From the IMG/VR virus record IMGVR_UViG_2772190736_000001, positions 26,634 through 90,633 of that record: a DNA stretch of 64,000 bases. One strand, written 5' to 3'. This DNA is from a virus. Lineage: Duplodnaviria; Caudoviricetes. The notes beneath the pieces are model-generated. The model did not search any database. It was not told the origin of the DNA and saw nothing but the letters and a program-made list of their open reading frames with translations. Position 1 is the first letter of the stretch; each line of letters opens with the position of its first letter. Positions 8,304-16,912 of the stretch are shown here, piece after piece. Position numbers and translations under genes: made by a program.

Positions 8304-11300
8304 CGGGTCGCCACTCCCCCTCTGCGTGCGCGGCGCTGCTGACGGTCGATCTCGGCGGCGATCTGGTGGGCGGTGGCGCCCGTACGGAGGGTGGAGACGT
8401 TGATGTTGGTGTCGCCGGTGCTGCCGGGCAGGACGACGATCTGCTGAGAGGAGCGGGCGTCGGTCAGGCCGACGCCCATGCGGCGGGCAGCTTCGCGCAG
8501 GACGGGCAGGGCGCGGGAGCGTTTGTGTGAGCCGAGGGGGATGTAGGCCTCGCCGCCGGTGGAGGGTTCAGCGAAGGTGACGGCGCCGGCGCGGGTGGAG
8601 TAGATGCCTTCGCGGATGCCGCCGTTGGCGTAGGCGAGGCCCCGGTTGGCTCGGGCGAGGTCGGCCAGGAACTTCGTCGAGCGGCTTCCGAGGGACTTCT
8701 TGATCTGTGCGGAGGCCTTGTTGGCGATGGTGATGATCTCGTCCTCGCCGAGACCGGTGGTGGCGGCGACGTCGTGGATGCCGATCCTGGACGTCTTTAC
8801 GGCAGCGATGATCTGCACGAGGGAGGCGAGCTCGTCCTGGCTGAGCTGCTTGTTGGCGGTCTTCGCGGAGTCGTTGGCGGCCGAGGCCTTCTTCTTGTCC
8901 TTCACCGCCTCGACGGCAAGCTTCTGCGCGGCTTCGTCGCCCTGCGCCGCGAGCATCGTGGCGAGGTCGCCGAAGCCCTGGGCGCTCAGGGTGGCGAGGT
9001 TCTGCTGGAAGGCGGCCGTGGTCTGATTGGAGCCGTTCAGCTGCTTGGTGAGGTCGGCGAGGGTGGCCTTGGCGAGCGGGCCGAGTTTGCGCAGGTTGGA
9101 GACGATCTCCCGGAACTGCTTGTTCGACGACTTGGCGAGCGCTGCGACCATCGCGGCGCCTTCTTCGCCGAGGTCGCGGAGCATGCCGATGATGTCGCCG
9201 CCGCCCCGGGCCGCGATCTTCTGCAGGTTCGACTCCCAGGCGCCGTTCGCGGAGATGGCGTCCTTGAGGGTCTTGGCCCAGTCGGTGAGGCTGAACTTCT
9301 GCCGGTAGCGGGTCTCGGCCTTGCTCGCGTTCTCGGTGGCGGTGGTGAGGGCGCGGCGGGCGGAGGCGACCTGCCGTTCGGCGGCCGCGAGCTGCGCGGC
9401 GGTGTGCTTCTTGCTGCGGACCTCGCGGAGTTTGGCCTCGGCGTCCCGCAGCCGGTCGACCGCGTCCGCGCGGGCCCGGATGGCCTTGTTGTAGTCCTCG
9501 CGGGTGATGGGCTGGTGTGTCTCGTCGTAGCGGGACTGCACGTCGCCGGCGCTGCGGCGCAGGGCGGTGGGGGTGTAGGAGAAGCCGCCGGACGCGAAGG
9601 CGTGGATGCCGCCGTTGGCGTTCCATACGATCGCGCGGGGGTCACCGCCCAGGCGCCGGATGGTCTCCTCGGCGATGGCGCGCGAGCGGGGCCGCTTGGA
9701 CGGGGCGAGGGGGATGTACGACTCGCCGCCGGTCTCGGGTTCGGCCCAGATGCGGTAGGTCGCGTGAGGCCGTGCGATCTGCGCGGTGTGCTTCTCCCGC
9801 ATGCCGCCGTCGGCGAAGGTCTCAGCGCCGGCCAGCACGTTGCCGTTCGCGTTGACGACGTTGCGGCTGGTCTGCTGGCGGTTGATGTGCTCGGTGATGC
9901 GTACGTCGCGAGTGGTGATGGTGATGGTGCGGTCCTGCAGCCGGTCGCGTGCTTCCTGCACGGCGCTGATCCCCGCGAGCGCGGTACCGGTCTGGGCGGT
10001 AACCCGGACCTGCCCGTTGGGGAGCTTCTCGGTCTTGTAGCCGAGCTGCTGGAGCAGGGAGATCGCTTCAGCGGTGATCGCCGAGACGACGACCGACTTG
10101 GTGCCCGGGGTCGCCTGGATCTTCTCGATGACCTGGTCGAGTCCCGCGAGGGCGTCCTCGCGGTCCATCTCGACCTTGGTCTCGGTGACGTCAGGGATGG
10201 TGATGATCTGCGCGGCCAGGAGCGCGGCCTGCTCTTTGGTCAGGCCCATGGCCCGCGCGGTGGCGATGAGGCTGGTCTGGCCGCGCCGGTAGATGTCATT
10301 GATCTGCGTCCACGGCGCGTCTGCTTCGCGGGCGGCGGCCGCGGCCTCGTCGGTCTTGGTGCCGAGTGTCTGCAGGGCGGCGGCGGCGTCGCGGGCCTTC
10401 TGGCTGTTCAGGTCGAGCTTGCCGCCGGTCATGGTGAGTGCGCCGGCGTTCTTCTTCGCGGCCTCGGCGGCGTCGTCGATGGCTTGCTCGAAGCCGATCA
10501 TGCCGCCGAGCGCGGCCCGGTTCACGTCATTGAGGGCCTGGATGGCATTCCTGAGCCCGTCGGCCGACTGCTTCTGGGCGTCCAGCTTGACCTTGGTGTC
10601 GAGGGCCTGCTGGCCGAAGACGCCCATGGACTGGGCGGCGAGTTGCTGCTCTGCCTTCAGGTTCTCGACGGCCGCCTGGTACTGCGGCATCAGGCCCTGG
10701 ACGTCCTTGAGGCTGTGGCCCTCCGCGCGGGCGGCTGCTGCGATCTTCTGGAAGTTCGCAGCGGCGAGCTCGGCGTGGCCGGACTGGACGAGCTGGGCCA
10801 TGGCCTCGTCGAGGCCGTTGAAGTCCTCTTCGAGCGCGTTGAGGGACTTCTCGCCCTGGGAGAGCTGGTCGAAGAAGGGCTTCGACTGGCGACGCAGGTC
10901 GTCGAACCAGTCAATGCCGATGGATCCCTCGTCGATGAACTTGTCGAGCTTGTGGCGGGCATAGGCGATCTGGCCCATTTTCTCGATGAGGCCGTCCATG
11001 TCGCCGAACGTCTTGCCCAGCTCGCCGGTGAACTGGGCGGCGACGCCGAGGTTCTTCAGCGACGTCGTGAGCTTGTCGACTTCCGGCGGCGCGCCCTTGG
11101 CTGCTTCGCCGATGGCGGTGACGCCGACCGCCACGAGCGCGAGGACCGCCAGGACGACGGAGGCCCTCTGCATGAGGGTGAGCTGCTGGGTGACGCCGGC
11201 GATGGCGGAGGCGACGCCGCCGAACCTGGCTGCGCGAACGAAGCGGCTGGTGTTGGCGGCGACCAAGGCCATGCCGGGCGCCATCGCTCCGAACGCCATT

Positions 11301-12805
11301 CCTGCGAGCTGGACGGCTTTGAGCGCGAAAGCGACCTGCAGGAGGGTGGAGAGGACGTCGGTGGGGATCGCGTTGACGAGCTGGGCGAAGGCGTTGACGA
11401 CGGTGAGCATGGTGACGCCGGCCTCGGAGCCGGCCGCGACCAGCTTGAGGAGCATACTGAACAGCTCGGACAGGGTGTCGGCGACGGCCGGGCCGTTCTG
11501 GCGGGCGTAGTCGAGGAACTCCCGGAGGTTCTGGCCGACCTTCCCGGTGCTCAGGCCGCGCGTGAGGCTGACGATGCCGGTGTTGGCCCGCGCGAGGGTC
11601 TCGACCGCGAACGTGGTGAAGCGGTCCATGAAGCTGTCGAAGGTCTGGGTGTTCATGCCGCCGGCCAGGATCGTCATGAACCGGCTGGCCTCGCGCGAGG
11701 CTCCCTTCGCCAGGGGCGCCGACCGCTGCATTAGGCCGCTGAAGACGCCCATGGTCTTGATGGCGACGGGCATCGTGTCGCCGGCCAGGGCGTCGGAGAA
11801 GGCCTTGTAGTCGTCGGTGAACACCTCGTACGCGGCGGCGGCCTTCCGGGTCGCGGCCGGGGTGTCGCGCAGGATGCGGAGCCGCTCCTTCTCGGCCTGG
11901 GCGGCTTCCGGGGAGGAGCGGCCGTGCTCGCGGACGGCCTCGTCGTACTTGGTTTGCGCCTCGGCGGCGTCGGCGAGGGCCTTGATCTGGCCGCCGATCG
12001 CGATCCCGAACACTCCGACCGCGATACCGGCCGCCCCCAGACCGGCGGCGATCGGCCCAGCGGTCGCGGCGATCGGCAGCAGGGCGGTGGCGAGCATGCC
12101 GGCGACGACGAGGAGCTGCTGGCCGCTGCCGGTGGTCTGGTTCATCGCGTTGCTGGCGGTGCCGAGGCTGCCCCGTAGGCCGCCCATGCGGCCTCGGACG
12201 TTCCCGAGGGCACCGTTGAGGTCCCCCATGCTGCTCGTCAGCGTCGTGGTACGGGTGTTGAGGGACTCCAGGCGGCCATCGGCGATCCGCGCGGCGGTGT
12301 TGAGGGACCTGAGTCCCCCTGCGGCGAGCAGGGCCCGGTTGCGCAGCTCGTCGAACGCGGACGCGGTCGCGGAGGCGCGGCCGCGGAGGGTCCGCAGGAC
12401 GCGTGCGGTGTCCTGGGCCGCTTCCTGGACCTGCCGCAGGGCCAGGGCGGCGCCGTTGCCGGTGCGGTCGTCGAGGCGGAGCTCGATGGTGACGTTGGTG
12501 TCGAGGCGGCGAAGGCGTTCCTCCGCGCGCCGGGCCTGCTCGGCGATCTGCCGCAGGTTGGTGGCGGCACGGGCGGACTGCCGCTCCAGCCGCTGGAGAC
12601 GGCCGGCGGCCGTGCTCGCCGCGCCCCCCATGCCGCGCAGCGCGCTCTGGGAGGTGCGGGCCGCTGTCCCGAGTTGTCGGATCTCCGTGCGGGCATCGCG
12701 TACGGCGGAGCCGAGGTCGCGGGCGTGGCCGGCGTTGCGGCGCAGGGTCTGCGCGAGGTTCGTTCCCCGGCCGCGCAGGTCGACGGACAGATTCCACTGG
12801 GCCAC
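8300..12805 (-). CDS. Tape measure protein
   Basis: 1501 aa, Ala-rich helical, central TM region, two AEPxTGGExYIPL repeats. Confidence 0.93.
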   Translation of the reverse strand: MAQWNLSVDLRGRGTNLAQTLRRNAGHARDLGSAVRDARTEIRQLGTAARTSQSALRGMGGAASTAAGRLQRLERQSARAATNLRQIAEQARRAEERLRRLDTNVTIELRLDDRTGNGAALALRQVQEAAQDTARVLRTLRGRASATASAFDELRNRALLAAGGLRSLNTAARIADGRLESLNTRTTTLTSSMGDLNGALGNVRGRMGGLRGSLGTASNAMNQTTGSGQQLLVVAGMLATALLPIAATAGPIAAGLGAAGIAVGVFGIAIGGQIKALADAAEAQTKYDEAVREHGRSSPEAAQAEKERLRILRDTPAATRKAAAAYEVFTDDYKAFSDALAGDTMPVAIKTMGVFSGLMQRSAPLAKGASREASRFMTILAGGMNTQTFDSFMDRFTTFAVETLARANTGIVSLTRGLSTGKVGQNLREFLDYARQNGPAVADTLSELFSMLLKLVAAGSEAGVTMLTVVNAFAQLVNAIPTDVLSTLLQVAFALKAVQLAGMAFGAMAPGMALVAANTSRFVRAARFGGVASAIAGVTQQLTLMQRASVVLAVLALVAVGVTAIGEAAKGAPPEVDKLTTSLKNLGVAAQFTGELGKTFGDMDGLIEKMGQIAYARHKLDKFIDEGSIGIDWFDDLRRQSKPFFDQLSQGEKSLNALEEDFNGLDEAMAQLVQSGHAELAAANFQKIAAAARAEGHSLKDVQGLMPQYQAAVENLKAEQQLAAQSMGVFGQQALDTKVKLDAQKQSADGLRNAIQALNDVNRAALGGMIGFEQAIDDAAEAAKKNAGALTMTGGKLDLNSQKARDAAAALQTLGTKTDEAAAAAREADAPWTQINDIYRRGQTSLIATARAMGLTKEQAALLAAQIITIPDVTETKVEMDREDALAGLDQVIEKIQATPGTKSVVVSAITAEAISLLQQLGYKTEKLPNGQVRVTAQTGTALAGISAVQEARDRLQDRTITITTRDVRITEHINRQQTSRNVVNANGNVLAGAETFADGGMREKHTAQIARPHATYRIWAEPETGGESYIPLAPSKRPRSRAIAEETIRRLGGDPRAIVWNANGGIHAFASGGFSYTPTALRRSAGDVQSRYDETHQPITREDYNKAIRARADAVDRLRDAEAKLREVRSKKHTAAQLAAAERQVASARRALTTATENASKAETRYRQKFSLTDWAKTLKDAISANGAWESNLQKIAARGGGDIIGMLRDLGEEGAAMVAALAKSSNKQFREIVSNLRKLGPLAKATLADLTKQLNGSNQTTAAFQQNLATLSAQGFGDLATMLAAQGDEAAQKLAVEAVKDKKKASAANDSAKTANKQLSQDELASLVQIIAAVKTSRIGIHDVAATTGLGEDEIITIANKASAQIKKSLGSRSTKFLADLARANRGLAYANGGIREGIYSTRAGAVTFAEPSTGGEAYIPLGSHKRSRALPVLREAARRMGVGLTDARSSQQIVVLPGSTGDTNINVSTLRTGATAHQIAAEIDRQQRRARRGGVATR

Positions 12806-12820
12806 GCTCCGCTCCCTTCT

Positions 12821-13224
12821 CTACTCGTCGTCTTCGTCGTGGTGGCGTCTGGTGCGGAGGTTCTTCTCGGCGTCGAGGGCGGCCTTCACCGCGGCGGGCA
12901 GGAGGCCGACCTTCAGCCCGTTGGGGTCGATGCCGGTCTTCTGCAGCTCGTCCTGCTTGTCGGCGATGACTTGGCATCCGACGCACCGCTGGACGGTGAC
13001 GTCGTAGGCGTCTTCTTCGTCGTCGTGGCCGTGGTCCCAGTCGTCGTACCGGGTGCCACACTGCGCGCAGAGGGTGAGCTGGTAGGCCTGGTAGGCGAGG
13101 GCTTTCTCGCGGTCGCGGGCGGTCCAGCGGCCTTCGCCGGCGCCGAGGAACTGGGAGTGAGGGATGCCCCACCGGTCGCACAGCTCCAGCTCTGCGCGCA
13201 GGCGCTCATCGTGGATCAGCCTTT
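12821..13224 (-). CDS. Tail assembly chaperone, -1 frameshifted C-terminal part (gpGT-like)
   Basis: Open -1 frame from the GGGAAAA site: KRLIHDERLRAELELC... Confidence 0.8.
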
Positions 13225-13752
13225 TCCCAGGTCGGACCGGACGTGGTTCTGGATGTCCCAGGCGGCGAGGAACAGCTGGCTCGCTTCGCCTTCGGCCCAT
13301 TCGGTCAGGAAGGAGAGGGCGTCATCGGCGGTCAGGCCGTCCAGCGACGAGGCGGCGATCAGCTCCGGTCCGAGGGTCTCGACGTTGAAGCTCTGACCGT
13401 CCTCGGCCTGCGCTTCGGTCGGGGGGTGGGCGCGCTTGAGGGCTTCGAAGTCGGGCCGCGGCAGGGCCTGGAACGTCAGGACGATCGAGACGGCGTCGAA
13501 CTCGGCCTGGGCGGCGTCCAGGGCGGTGGCGGCGGCCTGCTGCTCAGTGTCATCGCCGAGGACCTGGGCGCGGTCGACGCGCCTCTTGGCGGCGTTGAGC
13601 GCCTCGCGGACGGCGGGGTCGTCGCAGATCGTCAGGGGGGTGGTGGGGCGGGTGCGGGCGCGGAGCCGTTCGAGCTTGGCGGCCCAGTGCGCGTCCTGGG
13701 CGACGGCGGCCGGCGGCGGCACGATGGTGCTGGTGGCGGTGGTCTTGGGCAT
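13216..13752 (-). CDS. Tail assembly chaperone (gpG-like)
   Basis: Between major tail and tape measure genes; ends DLGKG*. Confidence 0.85.
   Translation of the reverse strand: MPKTTATSTIVPPPAAVAQDAHWAAKLERLRARTRPTTPLTICDDPAVREALNAAKRRVDRAQVLGDDTEQQAAATALDAAQAEFDAVSIVLTFQALPRPDFEALKRAHPPTEAQAEDGQSFNVETLGPELIAASSLDGLTADDALSFLTEWAEGEASQLFLAAWDIQNHVRSDLGKG
13222..13228 (-). other. Programmed -1 ribosomal frameshift site G GGA AAA
   Basis: X XXY YYZ heptamer in the correct frame just before the stop. Confidence 0.88.
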
Positions 13753-13840
13753 GAGGTGTTCTCCAGGTGGGAAGGGCCCGGCCGGGCCCGAGGCGCCCCT
13801 TCCCGAGCGCGTCGGGACCGGCCGGGGATCAGGGGGTGGG

Positions 13841-14629
13841 TCAGCCGCCGGGCGTGGTCGTGGTGACCTCGACCGCCGGGGTGGTGCCGCCGGTCAGGGA
13901 GGAGGTGGCGGTCATCTCGGCGACGTTCTGGCCGTCGTACTGGCCGCCGAACGTGACCGTGACGGCCGTGCCCGGGAGCGCTCCGCCCGCGCAGACAACG
14001 TCGCCGGGGTTGATGTTCGACAGGCCCTCGAGCGCGGTCTGCACCGCGGCGGCCGCTGCGTCGTAGGAGATGGCGGCGGTGGTCTGGCCGGTGAAGGTCA
14101 GGGTGAACGTGCCGCCGGTCGGCGTGCCGGTGATGGTGATCGTCTGGACCTCGTCGGTCCCGGCCGCGGGGACGGCGGAGTCGAGCACCGGGGTGTCGGT
14201 GATCGAGAACCGGGCGGTCCACTTCGCGGCCTCGTTGTCCACCGTGATCTGCGACGACTTCGAGGCGACACGGACCGGGTAGATGTCCATGGACTGGGAG
14301 GTCGGCACGTCGCCCTTGCGGAGGATGACGATGAAGCCGGTGGTGCCCTTGGCGAGGGCCAGCTCGAGGGTGTTGCTGGTGTCGTCCTCGTAGAACGTCA
14401 GCGAGGAGTCGGCGGCCTGGTCGTCGCCCGGGATCTTCGAGGTGAACGTGCTCTCGAGGTCCGGGGTCTCGATCTCCTGGTTCTCCAGGGCGAAGCCCTC
14501 GACCTCGGCGATCTGCTTGGTCAGCTTCGTCGCGCTGGTCAGCTCGGCGCGGGTCGGAACGTAGTTGGTGTCGGCGATCGTCTCGAGAAACAGGATCTTC
14601 GTGACGCCCTTGCGGGAGAAACGCGGCAT
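13841..14629 (-). CDS. Major tail (tube) protein with C-terminal accessory domain
   Basis: Start MPRFSRKG; tube-like N-terminal ~155 aa plus Thr/Gly-rich beta domain. Confidence 0.88.
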   Translation of the reverse strand: MPRFSRKGVTKILFLETIADTNYVPTRAELTSATKLTKQIAEVEGFALENQEIETPDLESTFTSKIPGDDQAADSSLTFYEDDTSNTLELALAKGTTGFIVILRKGDVPTSQSMDIYPVRVASKSSQITVDNEAAKWTARFSITDTPVLDSAVPAAGTDEVQTITITGTPTGGTFTLTFTGQTTAAISYDAAAAAVQTALEGLSNINPGDVVCAGGALPGTAVTVTFGGQYDGQNVAEMTATSSLTGGTTPAVEVTTTTPGG

Positions 14630-14660
14630 GGTGGGGACCCCTTGGTGCGTACGGCTGTGG

Positions 14661-14695
14661 GCGGCCACCCGATGTGGTGGCGTCCGCGTGGGGTC
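14661..14695 (-). promoter_or_regulatory. Conserved leader hairpin element, copy 1
   Basis: GCCACC-N6-GGTGGC-GTCCGCGTGGGGTC; covarying copy at 21385-21418. Confidence 0.5.
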
Positions 14696-14727
14696 CCGCC
14701 GCGGTGCGGTGTGGGCCTGACCAGAGG

Positions 14728-15177
14728 TCAGGCGGGAGTCAGGTCGAACCTGAACCGCTGCACATTGCTGATGATGGCATCCGGTGGGGCAGATGATCCC
14801 CCCGGTTCGATGTCCAGGCTCCGGCCCATCACCTTCACGCCGTCGATCGTCAGGGCGTGCATCCACTGGCCCGTCGCGGGGTCGCGGGCGAGGAACGCAC
14901 GACGGGCCTTGTCCGCCATCCACTCCGTCTGATCCGCCGATCCGTACGAGCCGGGCGTGCTGGTGGTGGGCCCGGAGACGGCGGTGACCTGATAAACGAC
15001 GCTGAGGTCCTCGCTCTCGTCGGCGAGCGGGGCGCCGGACACGGTGGTGGAGATCGAGTCGAGCAGGTAGTACGGCGGTTCGGCGTCGAGCGGCCGGGCA
15101 CCGCGGCCGACCTTCATGCCGGACACGGTGGCGAGCAGGTCGGCGACTGCGTTGGAGACGGGGAGTCGGTCGATCAC
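14728..15177 (-). CDS. Tail terminator protein
   Basis: GTG start (VIDRLPV); PPYY, YQVTAV motifs; precedes major tail gene. Confidence 0.75.
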   Translation of the reverse strand: MIDRLPVSNAVADLLATVSGMKVGRGARPLDAEPPYYLLDSISTTVSGAPLADESEDLSVVYQVTAVSGPTTSTPGSYGSADQTEWMADKARRAFLARDPATGQWMHALTIDGVKVMGRSLDIEPGGSSAPPDAIISNVQRFRFDLTPA

Positions 15178-15560
15178 GACAGTGCCTCCTGGATCGCGTT
15201 GCGCATCTGGCTCTTCAGGGCCTGTTCGATGAACGGGATGACGGGCCCAACGTGCGGAAAGGGGGGCTGCGCGTACACGCGGCCCAGACTGTCCGGACCG
15301 TAGAACCCGAACTCCAGGCGGCGACCTTGAGGCTGCCGGGTGCCGATGGTGCACTCGGCGCCGTACGGGATCCGTCGGCCTTCCGCATTCCAGGAGGAGC
15401 GGTAGCGGCCGGTGATGACGTTGGGTCCCGGGCGTCCGGAGGCGTTCGCGCGGATACGGCCGATGCCGACCATGGCGGTGTGCGCCACGCCCCGTTCAAT
15501 GGCGCCCGGGAGGGCGTCGGCGGCCGCGTCGAGACGGTCGGCAAGCTCGTCGGGGGTCAC
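15174..15560 (-). CDS. HK97 gp10-like neck/tail completion protein
   Basis: TGRYRSSW, RLEFG, QPPFPH motifs. Confidence 0.85.
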   Translation of the reverse strand: MTPDELADRLDAAADALPGAIERGVAHTAMVGIGRIRANASGRPGPNVITGRYRSSWNAEGRRIPYGAECTIGTRQPQGRRLEFGFYGPDSLGRVYAQPPFPHVGPVIPFIEQALKSQMRNAIQEALS

Positions 15561-16006
15561 GGGGCGCCTGCCGGAGACCGGTTCTGGTCGAGGTAGGTAC
15601 GGCGGACGACTTCCACGGTGGAGGCCTGCCCGGTGTCGACAGCCAGCCAGCTGCGCCCGATCAGCGCGGCACGGGCCGGGTCGTGGACGGAAACGACCTC
15701 GATGAGCGCGCCTTCCGGCGGAATGGGCGCGGTGAGCGGGGTGAGGAGGATGTAGCTGTAGCGGTACTGGCGGGGCCATGGCTGGGTCTGGTCGGGCGCG
15801 ACGGTCCGGTCGGTGCCTCCGACGGCCGGGATGACTGCGCCGTCGCCTTCGTAGAGCACCTCGCCTGGCGGGTACTCCAGTTGGCCGGTGTCCGGGTTGA
15901 GGACGGGCTCGCCCGTGGGCACGGCGCGGACGCGGACAGTGTCGATGAGGAGGTTCGTGCCGAGCCAGCGGGTGACGCCAGCGAGCGCCTGATCGAGGCC
16001 GGGCAT
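15557..16006 (-). CDS. Head-tail adaptor/head closure protein (DUF6093-like)
   Basis: 149 aa, NPDTG...LYEG motif, neck position. Confidence 0.75.
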   Translation of the reverse strand: MPGLDQALAGVTRWLGTNLLIDTVRVRAVPTGEPVLNPDTGQLEYPPGEVLYEGDGAVIPAVGGTDRTVAPDQTQPWPRQYRYSYILLTPLTAPIPPEGALIEVVSVHDPARAALIGRSWLAVDTGQASTVEVVRRTYLDQNRSPAGAP

Positions 16007-16401
16007 CAGCCGGTCGCCTTTCCGAGGGCCCAGTCGGCGAGCTGGGCGAGCATGGCGCGGGTGAGTTCGTGGCGGGAGCCGTCGAGGTCGTCCCGGTCAA
16101 GGGCGGCCCGCTCCAGGGCGGCGGGGTCGACGGCGCGGAGGAACTCGGCGACGGCCGGGCCCGGGTCAGGGGCGTCGCCGATGACCACGTGCGCGAAGCC
16201 CTCGAAGACGGCGGGGGTGGCATGCCCGGAGGCGTAGAGGACGAGGAGTGGTGGCTCGTTGACCCGGTGCTCCAGGGTGTAGCCGCGGAGCTGTCGGGAC
16301 ATGTCAACGCCGCCGATCTCCACCTTCGCGCTGGCGCCGTCGGTGGTGATGCGAACGCCTCGGGTCTGGTCCCCGAGAGAGGGCTCGGCCGGGGTGGTCA
16401 T
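16006..16401 (-). CDS. Hypothetical phage protein
   Basis: Start MTTPAEP, translationally coupled. Confidence 0.7.
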   Translation of the reverse strand: MTTPAEPSLGDQTRGVRITTDGASAKVEIGGVDMSRQLRGYTLEHRVNEPPLLVLYASGHATPAVFEGFAHVVIGDAPDPGPAVAEFLRAVDPAALERAALDRDDLDGSRHELTRAMLAQLADWALGKATG

Positions 16402-16631
16402 GCGTCTTCGTCCTCGTCGTCGGCGGCGGATTCGGGGCTGGGAGCACGTTCCGTGTCGGATTCCACGGACCCGGCGAACCCGATCGGCGGCTTCCCCGAT
16501 TCCGGAATCGGATCGGGAAGTGCCTTGAACAGGCGTAGGGCGGCGGCCTCGGCGTCGGCGAGCGGGGTCCGCTCCTTGGGGCTGGTGACGATCTGCACGG
16601 TGCGGCCTTCGGTGCTGAGGTAGATACGCAT
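16398..16631 (-). CDS. Hypothetical phage protein
   Basis: Start MRIYLST, coupled; PIGF motif and acidic tail. Confidence 0.65.
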   Translation of the reverse strand: MRIYLSTEGRTVQIVTSPKERTPLADAEAAALRLFKALPDPIPESGKPPIGFAGSVESDTERAPSPESAADDEDEDA

Positions 16632-16912
16632 CAGGCGTGGGCTCCTGTCGTGCACGGTTCGCACAAGCAAGCGGCAGCCGCGGCAGCCTTGGTGTGTCGC
16701 CATATGGCGTACAGCTTGATGGCGGCCTCATCGGCTCCTCCACCCTCTACCTTCTCGCCCAAGGCGATGCCGACCGCCCCCTTCAAGCCGATCAGTTCGC
16801 CTCGAATCTGTTCGCCTTGGAGGAAGGTGAGGTTCGCAGCCTGGTTGTCGAAGTGGCTCTGCCGTCGGTGGTACTCGCGCAGGAGCGCCCGGGCGGTAGG
16901 CGGGATACGCAT
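16631..16912 (-). CDS. Hypothetical phage protein
   Basis: 93 aa, TGATG coupling on both sides. Confidence 0.6.
   Translation of the reverse strand: MRIPPTARALLREYHRRQSHFDNQAANLTFLQGEQIRGELIGLKGAVGIALGEKVEGGGADEAAIKLYAIWRHTKAAAAAACLCEPCTTGAHA

Noticed and set aside
8774-11734. 986-aa plus-strand ORF and many other long antisense or alternate-frame ORFs (e.g. 428-1945, 19052-20632, 26348-28465, 46620-48434)
   Set aside because: Shadow frames of high-GC genes with no motifs. The 17191-17997 ORF was kept because it has ordered domain motifs.
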